Below, one piece after another: positions 25,366 through 35,833 of a DNA stretch of 64,000 nt. Made by a program: the position numbers and the translations under genes. The stretch's first letter is position 1. Each line of letters begins with the position of its first letter. This DNA is from Marsupella aquatica (lineage: Eukaryota; Plantae; Marchantiophyta), in NCBI GenBank assembly GCA_973895155.1, contig OZ316894.1:7836234-7900233 (forward strand), read 5' to 3'. A model generated the notes under the pieces. The model was not told the origin of the DNA, made no database searches, and saw only the letters and a program-made list of their open reading frames with translations.

Positions 25366-25829
25366 AAAGGCGGATCGATCTGGGAGATTAACTGCGAAAT
25401 GTAAAGCGAATTACTTCGCCTTTGAAGCTCCAAAACTGAATGGTGGATCGCAGAAGCATATATAATACAATTACACTTGTAATGATTCAAGAGGTTCTCA
25501 TGATATCAGGTGAATAGACTTATCGAAAGAGATGATGTGCAAATGCTACATACCCTTCAATTCCAACTCGAGCAGGTTCGATCGAGCTTCTATGTAAAAG
25601 GCGGATCGATCTGAGAATTAAACTGCGGACACTAAACTGAAGTACTTCGCCTTTGAAGCTCTAATGGAATTGAATGGTGGATTGGAGAAGCATAATACTT
25701 CTACACTTAGAATGATTCAAGAGAATCTCATGATATCAAGGTGAAGAGACTTATCGAAAGAGATGATGTGCAAACGCTACATACACTTCAATTCCAACTC
25801 GAGCACATTTGATCGACCTTCTGTGTAAA
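25366..25829. repeat. ~231-bp tandem duplication immediately upstream of the NmrA-like gene
   Basis: aggcggatcgatctg..tacttcgcctttgaagctc..gacttatcgaaagagatgatgtgcaaa.gctacatac.cttcaattccaactcgagca..tgtaaa begins at ~25366 and again at ~25597. Confidence 0.9.
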
Positions 25830-26169
25830 GTGACTAGAAAGACAAACTCAATCGAGCCCTCCCACCTCGTGTTATTTGAGGACTTGATGGACACCAAAGA
25901 ATTTATATTTCACTGCCAAAACCTGAAGGCAGACACATCTCACACGTAAGAGAACCGATACAGGAAGGCCACCAGGAAAGACCCAACACCTCACAGGCAA
26001 ATAGGCAATAGACCCAATGAAGGGAAGAGCACCACGAAAAACCCAGGCACACAATGCCAAAAAGCTTACTAATTGATGAGCTGAAAAGCTTGATCGAGCT
26101 CCAAGCCTGATCCCGGTTTGGACTTGCCAGGCAAATAGATCCTTCCGAGGCCGTCACCTGCAAGTCGAC

Positions 26170-26590
26170 ACCCGGCCTCTCCCAGTCTCGCTCCCCCGGT
26201 CCCAGCCCGGCCCGGCCATGACCTCCCGGCCCCATCACCCGGTCTCGTTTCCCTTTTGTTTCCTCCGTCCCGGCCCCGGTCCCCAGTCCTGGCCCGAGCA
26301 CATCCCCCGGCCCCCAGTCCCTGCTCCCACATCTCCCGGCCTGCGGTCCCGGCTCGGACATCCCCCGGCTCCCGGTCCCGGCCTCCCCTCCTCACCCGGC
26401 CCTCCTCACCCTCCCCTCACCCGGACCCGGACCCGGCCCGGCCCGGAAGTTGCCCGTCACTTCAAACCCGGAGCCTGATAGAGTTCCAACGGAAACTCCA
26501 TAGGGAGCTCCAAGGAAACTCCGGAGGAGTGTCCCGCACTCCATAGGGAGCTCCAAGGGAAACTCGATAGGAGTGTCCCGCACTCCAGTA
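26170..26590. repeat. C-rich ccgg/cccggt low-complexity tract followed by a ~45-bp tandem repeat
   Basis: Many cccggccc/ccggtccc/ccggac units at 26170-26445, then ctccatagggagctccaagg(g)aaactc..ggagtgtcccgcactcca x2 at 26496-26587. Confidence 0.7.
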
Positions 26591-27270
26591 AGTTGGCACT
26601 AGAACCAACTGTCCAACTTACTGGACCGACCAAAAATGAATTAGTACTTGACCAGGCCTCTTATTATTATTAGATGGACACCAAAGGTACATGTAGCACT
26701 TGACCAGGCCCTTTTCCACTTTGGGTCTTCTGGATTTATTAACAAGCTGTAAATCCGCACAGTTAGTGTGAGGTCCACCTCCACTACTCAAGGCACCATT
26801 CCTAGATTGGGGTGCAACAAACCAACAGACATTTAAAAAAAAGAAAAGTCTGTGAAATCTCACAAAAAGGGAACAGTCCATCATACCATTTGAACACTCT
26901 AGACTTATGAGTCTCAAACAGTGAAACCTGCAGAATATTATTTTTTGGTAAAACCAAATATTTTATTGAATCATGAACTGAACTCTGTTTGATCTCAAAC
27001 TTAGTTGCTGCATTCAGGACGTGCTATTCACTAAAGAAAATCCATCTTTGGTGTCAATTTCTGAGATGCATGCAGGAGGTCTAGACCCCGTTAAGTATGT
27101 CCTTTGGATAATAATGTGACCTTACTCCCAAATTCAAGAGCTTTCCATGATTCATTTAGGTGTATACAATAAATTGACAGATATACCTTGTTTGAGAATG
27201 CAGTAAAGCTATAGTCATGCTACAATTCCAGTAAATTACATTAAAAGAATAAGAGTGTCAGTGAACTTTG

Positions 27271-30200
27271 TATTGAGACTCTACATCCAACATTCCGCTA
27301 TACGGATTAGACTCAATGTCCTTTGGACTGATCTGTGAATGTGTACATACAGTCAGATTTAGGGTTTCATCAATTTAAGGCTGGAATAGGATTATTGTAG
27401 GGTCTGCGAGATGACATCCCTTCGCCCATTGATTCTTAAGGGCACACCATTGTTTATTCTCTCATTTCACTTCAGTAAAGCAGCGTGAATTTCTTCATGG
27501 TATCAGAGTGCTGATGTTACTAATTGACCGCTGGTGAGTATCTCCCAATGTATTCTCTTTGCCCAGACGCCGCTTTCACGATGGCTGGCTCAAGCAGTAT
27601 TGTGCACTCTCAGAGTGTTCGAGTAGGACAAAGGAGTGCAGCATAGAATGTCACTTTGGATCTTGACTCACTCAAGGGTTAGTTTATTCAGAAAAAGAGG
27701 AGCTGGATGGTTTGAAGAACTTCATTAATTGACTGGTCCTTTAAGTTAGAAAGTCAGTTTTGAAAGGAGAAGGGGTGGCATGCGCTTGTCTGTCCTGACC
27801 CACTGAATCCCATTCAACTGACAACGGCAGAGCTTGCAAAGAAAAAGGAGAAGGCTATCTACATTTTCTCTGTTAGAGTGAAGGACCGCATCATCCCGAT
27901 AGTCAAAAATTTCATCGATGACCCAACAAAACTATGGAGAGAGCTAAAAGCTCATTTTGAGTCAGGTGCTATAGGTAAGCAATGGATCCTCAGGGAGAAG
28001 CTATTGCAAGTATGTCATCTAAGGGTATGTCATCTAAGGGATCCAACACTGAGATGTATGTCAGAGAAATAGACTACCTGGTAATGCAGCTAGGTAATAT
28101 GATTTTAGGATTGAGGCCGAATCACTCTCACAAACCTACCAGACAGTTGGAAGCCCTTTAATTGTCTCATCATTCGGTTTGTCTCATCAGTCAGTGCTCA
28201 TTTGCTCCATTTTCCCAAAATGACTTTTTCAGATTTGGTTGGTCACCTCAAGGCGGAAGAAATGTAGCATGCCCTTAATTGAGAAGACTGAACTTGAGGG
28301 AGGCACTCTTGGTCTTACTCCAACCAGGCTCAATGAGTGGCTTATTCCAGTTGTGGAGGCCAGTCCTTCCGTAGCAAAGGAGCAGCTACCGTGGACATGG
28401 AAGAAGCAGTTCCTCATTCACTCCAAGGAGGTAGGATTCAACCTGTAACTACTGTGGTTTTGCAGGTCAGAGGGAACCAGATTCTCTTACAAAGATCAAG
28501 AGTCAAGCACTCAGACATCAAGAAGGGCAAGTATCATGCCAACATAGTTGAGATATTGGAGCCAGATGAAGATGTCTCAAGCAATAGTTACATTGGACCT
28601 GAAGCCAACATTGTTGAGGTGAACCTCACTGAGTTCAACAGTAGTGGTGACTAGCTACTAGACTCATGAGCTAGCACTACAGGGAATAGGTGCACATTGA
28701 GTCATATACTACCGTACACCACAAAGTCCAATGTTACAACTGCCTCTAGGATCCATATTCCCATTATTGGCAAGGGCAGTGCAAGATTTGGCATCAATAA
28801 GGTTGTGAAGAAAGTTTTATACGTGTCAGGTATGACATGAAATTTGTTAGTTGAACAGCTCACAAATGAGGGCTATTTTGTACTTTTCTAGCCATTGCTA
28901 CATTCTGAATATTAAGGATAACCCCAATAAGGTTAACTTCCTTCATGGAGTTTGGAATAAAAGCAACAGCTGTACCAACTTGATACATCACTACAAGGAA
29001 ATGCCAAGCTCTACTCTGAAGTTCAATATTACTGTTGCAGATCCAGACACAGCTACCACCATCTTTGCTCTAGCTAGTGATCCTATCACTGCAAACTCTG
29101 GTGCCTCTACCCCAGAGCCTTGTGTCTCCAACACCCACGTATTCGACTCCATCTTTACTTGAGTTGTGGCATAGACGACTCAGCCATGTTAATTTAGAGC
29201 GGATTTCCCGAATGATTTTCAAAAATCTTGTGGAAGGCATTCCAAAGTTACCATGAAGAAGTCAAGTGCAATTTTCACACGACTAAGTCATCGTCAACAT
29301 TTCAACTTTTGAAGATATGTTGCAAGACTCTTCCTATTCCTAGCAGTCAAATTCATTACCCAGTCACCTCCACATCTACTAGTCCACTGCCAACTGAGAC
29401 ACAATCCTCCATTAGTACTCCCAATGAAACGTCTCCTGACGAATTTACAGCAGAGGATATTGGATCCCATATAGACGAGCCGTAAAGACCAGGCAAGTTT
29501 TAATGATAACTCCTTGCATGAGTCTTCCACCCTGCCATTTACTGAACCTGCACCACCAGTAGCCCGCACTCGCATATCTTCACACACCAAACATATTGAA
29601 ATGCAACATCACTATATTTGGGAGTGGCTATTAGAAGGTGAAATTAAGCTCCATTACATCCCCACAGCGGGTTTCCCAACCTAACATTCTTACTAAACCA
29701 CTATGTCATTGGAAACTTGAACAACACTTTTTTTTGGGGGGGGTGGGGGGGGGGAGGTGCGCTAGCTCTCTCACGTGCTGTCTAATTCTCCTCCACTCTA
29801 GTTGCATCCCGACATATTTCCATGCAGTACTCATATCTAAACACTTCACTGCTAGTCTCATCTACTCCTACACTCACAAATTGATCTCCATGCCTTGCAT
29901 GATCCTTGGCCCTTCTCATTCCATCATGTAATTATTGATCTACTTCTTTTTTCATCTTAAAGCCTAACTTATACACTTGGCCTCTGAACCACTTTACTTG
30001 CAGTTTGCAATGCTCCCATGATCTATATATTTTTGGATTATAACCTCTTACTACTGCATAGTACTTCCTTCTTGTCAAATTGTCTTTAAGGTACCTTGCC
30101 ACAAGAACTGTCTGATCTACTTTGACATTTGCTGTTCCTGTTTTACAATGTACTTCAACCAAGGGGGCAGCGACCACTTCTTGCTTCATCAAAGACATAG

Positions 30201-30707
30201 ACAGCTCAACCGAGGGGGCAACAAACTACTTCTTGCTCCATTGATTGCTCCTTTGCTGTCTCCAATTTGCTCGCCAATTTGACATGTCTGCGTTTCTCTA
30301 AATTGTCCCATGAGGAAACAACTGCTTATGCACACTCTAAAATGCCTTCTCAAAAACGTTGCGAAGGACTCCGTTTAGTGTGCTCCCTAGTCCGATCACT
30401 CCCAAGAGTGCTAACAGCAGTGTCCTCCAAAGACCTTGCCACAGCTCCATCATGACATTGAATTTTGGATATGAGAGGGTATTGAGACTCTACATCCAAC
30501 ATTCTGCTATCTGAATTAGACTCAATGTCCTTTGGACTGTTCTGTGAATATGTACTTACCATCAGATTTAGGGCTTCATCAATTTTCAGTTAGATAAGGA
30601 TTATTGTAGGGTATGTGGGATGCATGGGCCTTTGCCCCTTGATTCTTAAGGGCAGACCATTGAATGTTTATTCTATCATTCATCTTCAGTAAAGCAGTGT
30701 GAAATTT
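27271..30707 (+). mobile_element. Old, internally deleted Ty1/Copia LTR retrotransposon
   Basis: LTRs at 27271-27497 and 30480-~30707 (tattgagactctacatccaacatt...cttcagtaaagcag.gtgaa; clearly diverged). tRNA-Met PBS tggtatcagag at 27498 and PPT-like atgagaggg before the 3' LTR. Decayed gag (KDRIIPIVKNFIDDPTKLWRELKAHFES), knuckle remnant CNYCG, protease *LLDS, GAG-pre-integrase LWHRRLSHVN (~29164) and RNase H end HTKHIEMQHHYI..NILTKPL (~29583-29703). Integrase and RT are missing; no TSD found. Confidence 0.88.
29932..30198 (-). pseudogene. Antisense ORF inside the Copia element encoding an RNase H1 N-terminal hybrid-binding / caulimovirus viroplasmin (Cauli_VI-type) domain
   Basis: RKYYAVVRGYNPKIYRSWEHCKLQVKWFRGQVYKLGFKMKKEVDQ (~29935-30069) aligns by eye with the HBD consensus FYAVxxGRxPGIYxSWxECKxQVxGFxGAxYKxFxTxxEA. 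Confidence 0.75.
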
Positions 30708-31181
30708 AGGGTAAACTTTGCCATGTCAACTGAGCAGGTATAGTGCAAGTCTGGAGAGAAAGTCCTGTAGGAAGTTTCTCTTGGTCAGAGTCACCAAAGT
30801 GGGAGCAATTGATTTATGCGACAGCCAAGGAGAAAAGACATGCTCGTCGACTCTTTGGGCAATTTTCAACTCATATGTCGTTGCAGCCACTCCAGCAAAT
30901 TCTTAGCAATGTTTTTGAGTGAATCGGTATACTGTAAAACTAGACTGTTCAAGGTTATTAGTGTCATGCAAGAATTGGTGTGACTACAAAATTTAACACT
31001 AATTTAACTACAAGTGAAAGACCTAGAAGAATTAGCTTTAGTAACACTGATTTTGGTGAGTATATCTTTGAGTAATTCTTGTCCCTTTCAAACAATTGTT
31101 GAACCTTGAATACTTTTTGTTTTAAATTTAACAGAAAATCTGCGAAACCCCACAGAAAGTGTGTCACACCATTCTAGGTAG

Positions 31182-31649
31182 TGTTAGAGTGTATCGTACT
31201 ATCTAGATCGTACTATGTTTGGTATGTGTGCTATATGAGCCGATAAGGTTCCGTCAGGTTTGTGTGAGAGGGTACTTCTCACTTGTGAGGCATTGAAAGG
31301 TCATCTTTCAATGTTGAGCCTTGGAGAGAGAGGAGCTTGAGTGGCTATGGTGGCTGTGAGCTCCGCTTGTGTAACGTGGATTCCTTGAGTAGTGCAAGGT
31401 GCGTTGGCTTGACATACGTGTGTGATCGGATCGGTGTGGGATCGATGGGGTATTGTTGACCGGGATCGTTGTGCCGATTGTATGGAGATTATTGTGGGTT
31501 TTGGACATGTGTGGACATGAGTTCCACTTGTATTCCATTATCTTGTGTTTGTGATGTGGCAGTGTGACTATGTTTGGATGTATGTGACAAGCGATGTATG
31601 TTGTGTAGCGATGTGTATGCGCACGACAAGTGAATAGTCGGTCACAACA
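31182..31649. mobile_element. Probable solo LTR / LTR-like insertion
   Basis: Termini TGTTAG..CACAACA. The insert splits a dispersed repeat that is intact at ~26845-26920 (tcataccatttgaac..tagacttatgagtctcaa) but here reads tcacaccatt[insert]catttgaaccttagactaatgagtctcaa. Exact ends are ambiguous and there is no clean 5-bp TSD. Confidence 0.45.
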
Positions 31650-32328
31650 TTTGAACCTTAGACTAATGAGTCTCAACTCTAGTGAGCTACCACACAACCT
31701 TGCCTCTCTAGGTCAACCTTGAGTACTTGCGGCCCTATCTCTCCAATGTCCGCCACAATTAAACCAATTGTTTCTAAGCATTAAAAGCTGTATGTGAAGG
31801 CAACTGTTGGGTAGGATTTGTGTCAAAAGTATGTCACAAGTATGTCAAAAGGATGACCATCTCTAGTAGGATTCAACCTTTGCAACTGGTTTGCCCTGTT
31901 CGGCTTGTTGACATTGATCCATGGTCTGGTAGACGTGTGGTTCTTCATGCTTGTTTATTTGAATACTAGGGTTGGGCAATGGCCATTGGGATCACACAGG
32001 CTAACAACATTTATTAGCCTCAATATTGGGGTCCCACTTGGGGTTTGCCTAGAATCTCTCCATCCCTTTATGAATAAGATATCATCAAACTTACCACTTG
32101 AACTCCAATTGCCTAACTGAAGCAGCCATTGTCCACCAGTTCAGGGAGAACAAAATGGGGTACATTTTTTACTTGAACTGGCAATTAGATTCTAGGAAGA
32201 AAAAAGAGTGGAAGTTTTTCCTTTCTTGAGAACATTTTGGATTTATTTTAGTAAACCTAGATACACCAGGTGTTGCATCAAGACCAGTGGATCTTTAAGA
32301 AGAACATTATTATCTATTTTAGAAACTT

Positions 32329-32512
32329 TGGATCCACCAGGTCTTGCTTTGGGCACACTGGTGATTTGGATCCACCAGGCATTGCTCCGGGCACACTGGT
32401 GGGTTTTGCTTAGGGAACACTGGTGGTTTGGATCCACCAGGTTTTGCTTTGGGGACAATGGTGGTTTAAACCACCACCACCAGCCATGACAAAACCTGGA
32501 TCCACCAGGTCT
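32329..32512. repeat. Degenerate tandem array of tggatccaccagg..gctttggg.acactggtggtt units
   Basis: tggatccaccagg occurs four times; the unit is the reverse complement of 14967-15006. Confidence 0.7.
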
Positions 32513-34891
32513 CATTACTGAGAAATTTTCCTCAAATTATAGAGCAAAATGGCAGGGTAGGAGAATGTAATGTGAAAAAGGGGGAATTCTTGAACACTTC
32601 CCATTTAATATGGCTACTAGTAGGGAGTGTCAAAGCAGGCCTGTAACTCAGTTTACAAATCAAGACATAAATTGCTTCTATGGCCAAAGTCAAAATCACT
32701 ACAGGAGACCAAAATACATACCCCATCAGCATTTTATGTCCAAACATCCATAACCATAAGACTTTGCTTCACGGAGAACTTTGACATGCCCTAGTGGCTG
32801 TCTAATCACAAACTCCGCCTAATCAGTTAGAGTCTCTCCCTATTGGTCTCCCCACCCTCTTCCCTGTTTAGGCTCTTCCAGGGGTGACTAGGTGCAAATC
32901 CTAGGCAGTAGGTGAATTTGGTATCAGATGAACAGGAATGTTGGCGTGTTCGCCATGCAACATCCAGGGTACCAACCTCCATTCCTACAGGCACAAACGC
33001 AACAAAGCATAGCCCATCCGTAAACTGTCATATACACAAACCACATATGGTTGACGTCACACTTTCCCAAACCTCTTGCTAAAAGAGAATTGTTGGAACT
33101 TGCAAGGTATCTATAGACATGTGAATTCTGACGAGGATGACGGAGCTCTAGAGGAAGCATGCATTACTTTCAATCGTCTTATCCGGGGTTATGGCTGGAC
33201 TCCTACAAGACATTGTTTGAGTTCTGCGATTGACGTCTCTGTGTGCCCTTTTAACCCAATTCTACCTTCCTCTAGTGAATTAGACTTTGAGTCTTGTCCT
33301 GGACATGTCTTCAAGGTTTTCAGCCTGCGCGTGATGTGTGTAGTACTTCCCGTTTGCCCTGCTTTCAAATACAATTGAAGCTATATGCCATTACGCACAT
33401 TCTGCAATAACTGAGGACCATAACTAAATGCAGTACTGAGAGTAAGAGCATCTGGCCCATGACGGAGACTGCCCTAATTTTCATTCCGGCTTCCTCCGAT
33501 CATTTGTAGCGATGTTGTTCGCAGTTTCTGCCCCACTATGAGCAAGATCATGTTGACAGACGGAAATCAATTGCCTTGAATCACAGTCTTCCTATGATCA
33601 TATTTCCTGGGCAATTCGTCTGCCGAGTGTTTTACCATGTTTGAAACTTGTCTGCGTCCCGTCTCTGCTTTCCACGGCCACCAAGTTTGCCACTGCTACA
33701 AATGTGTGCAGATGCAGTGGTATTTGACGCGGTAACGAAATTCCAACCCCGACAACAAACAATTGAAGCTTATCGCTCACTCTTACCGGTGCTGGACCAA
33801 AGTCGCGGTTTCCAGTCCACTGTTGACGCTGCTTTCGGATGACTTCGGATGCTTTCGGATGATTTCGCTTCTGCTTTGCTATCAGACAGAAATTCCGTTC
33901 TACACGCTGAAAATACTACTTTCGCTATCGCAATTGAACTAGACAAGCATGCACCGACGATCTTAGTGTTCAGTAATACATCTTGAATCGACTACAGCTT
34001 TTGGTCAGATGTTGGAAGTGTTGATGTTTGCAAGATGATCCTAGAAATTCACAGGAAAGACGTAAAGCCGAACCTGAACTCATTTTCATGGATGGACACA
34101 AAACCCTCCTCGTTTGGAAACAGAGGCAGCACGAACTGGCGATCCAGTGCGGAACTACCTTCAATCTGTTGCCCTTCAATGGGACCTTAAATAGAAACCC
34201 TGATCAAGCAGTGACAATACAACCCTGCACCCAACCCGGACGTTTGACCATTCCTAGGGGAAAATTGGGGTATTGTCGGTGCTTTCTGCCCTCAATCTAC
34301 ACTAATTTATTTTTTCTATGTACCTACCCTCCTTGCCTTCCATGTACCGCGATGTGATTGCGAAACTTGTGCAAATTCAAAATTGTTTCAAATCCCTCGC
34401 GGTCCTTAATATCGCTTCACGTCAGTTTGGCCATTGGGACAAAGAAAAACGCGCCGTTGCAAAGGGACGAAAACTTACAGAGATAGAACCCCTGGGATTG
34501 CTGCCACTATCTAGGCAATATGCCCGATTTCGAAATTTGAACGTTAAATTCGTTGAAGTGGCACTCAATCCCTAAGCCAAGAAGCCTACAACTCATCTTG
34601 GAGAACAAGTATCTCTAACGGCGGCCATGTCACTTGGCTAAGCAAAAGTTAACAGTATGGACACTCCGTCCGGAGCTGCATGATCCAGCCAGTTTGAGTT
34701 CTTGTGCGAACTTGTAACGCCTTCCCATCATTCGATCCAAGCTTAATCTCTTGTGTAGTCAAGTTTCTGACGACCGCAAAATGAGTCCGCAGGGAGAGTA
34801 CGCTTAAACAGGGCACTCTGGCCGGAGTTACCCTAAATCACACGACTTAACGGAGTCATTAAAAAAATTGGACAACAACTCGACGGCGGAC

Positions 34892-35833
34892 TCATTCTCG
34901 AGTTCTCTTACTTTTATTATTGTGCATCCAAACTCTGAACAGCTTCCGACTCACGCCGATGACAGCACAGAATGCCTGCGCTACTCCCTCGTCGCTCTTT
35001 TGAATCGTCCATCCTAATTTCTCTGCGAAGGAGCGCATCTTCTCCACTTGCTCTGTTGAAAACTTGGTGCGAAATCGCTTTTTCTTCGCCCCAGCCGATG
35101 CACTACTCCCCCCATCCTGATCATCCGAGTCCGAAGGAGCATAGCTCAGACTGTATGGTATAGCTCCGGATGTCCAAGTCGTCTCCTCTTTACGGTTTTG
35201 GTGGCAGTCACAGGAGGGCTCACCCTCAACTTCTCTTCTGTGAAAGCTCCGATGGCATTCACAGGCTGCACACTTCAGGGCATCCAAGGTTCCTTTCTCA
35301 CCTCTGGCGATGAATTCTTGACATCCATCGACGGCGAGGCCCCCGGCGCGGACTATATGATTTCTGCGGCATTCTAGGTACTTGGTTATCATATGAACCT
35401 TTGCCTCCAAATGTCGGAGGTCTTCCATCCCGATACCGCTGGAGGCGTTGATCGGCTTTGGCTTCGAAGACTTGTGAAGGTCAGCGGAGCCACACCCAAG
35501 GTCTCCCTCAAGTGGTCCCAAATCCACTTCTCGTCTGTGAAAATTCCTATGGCAACCACATGCCGCACACTTCAACGCGTCCAAGGTTTTTTCTAATCCT
35601 CCGGGCATGAATTCTCCGCATCCATCAGTCGCGTGGCCACCACCGCTGGCACTATGGTTCCTTAGACATTGTGTGTGCTTCTTCATCTCTTTATTAACCT
35701 TCGCTTCCAAAAGCGGAAATTCGTCCATCCCGCTGGTGAGCAGCTTCATCATCGACGATTCCTGAAGCCCGCCGAAGCCATCTACCACCGGCATCGGATG
35801 AAGTTGCTCTCCGTCATGTGCCCCCGACTCCAT
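34892..35833 (-). CDS. Zinc-finger homeodomain (ZF-HD/ZHD) transcription factor with two ZF-HD dimerisation modules, intronless
   Basis: Module 1 is CLRNHSASGGGHATDGCGEFMPGG..ALKCAACGCHRNFHRRE and module 2 is CRRNHIVRAGGLAVDGCQEFIARG..ALKCAACECHRSFHRRE. The C-terminal homeodomain is KKRFRTKFSTEQVEKMRSFAEKLGWTIQKSDE..FCAVIGVSRKLFRVWMHNNK. Confidence 0.95.
   Translation of the reverse strand: MESGAHDGEQLHPMPVVDGFGGLQESSMMKLLTSGMDEFPLLEAKVNKEMKKHTQCLRNHSASGGGHATDGCGEFMPGGLEKTLDALKCAACGCHRNFHRREVDLGPLEGDLGCGSADLHKSSKPKPINASSGIGMEDLRHLEAKVHMITKYLECRRNHIVRAGGLAVDGCQEFIARGEKGTLDALKCAACECHRSFHRREVEGEPSCDCHQNRKEETTWTSGAIPYSLSYAPSDSDDQDGGSSASAGAKKKRFRTKFSTEQVEKMRSFAEKLGWTIQKSDEGVAQAFCAVIGVSRKLFRVWMHNNKSKRTRE

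Noticed and set aside
25903-26546. Gly/Pro/Arg-rich ORFs of 86-152 aa
   Set aside because: Artefacts of the stop-poor GC-rich repeat tract.
32924-33378. Possible pseudogene (ORF 33076-33378 and upstream frame with stops)
   Set aside because: No recognisable motif; cannot be supported without a search.
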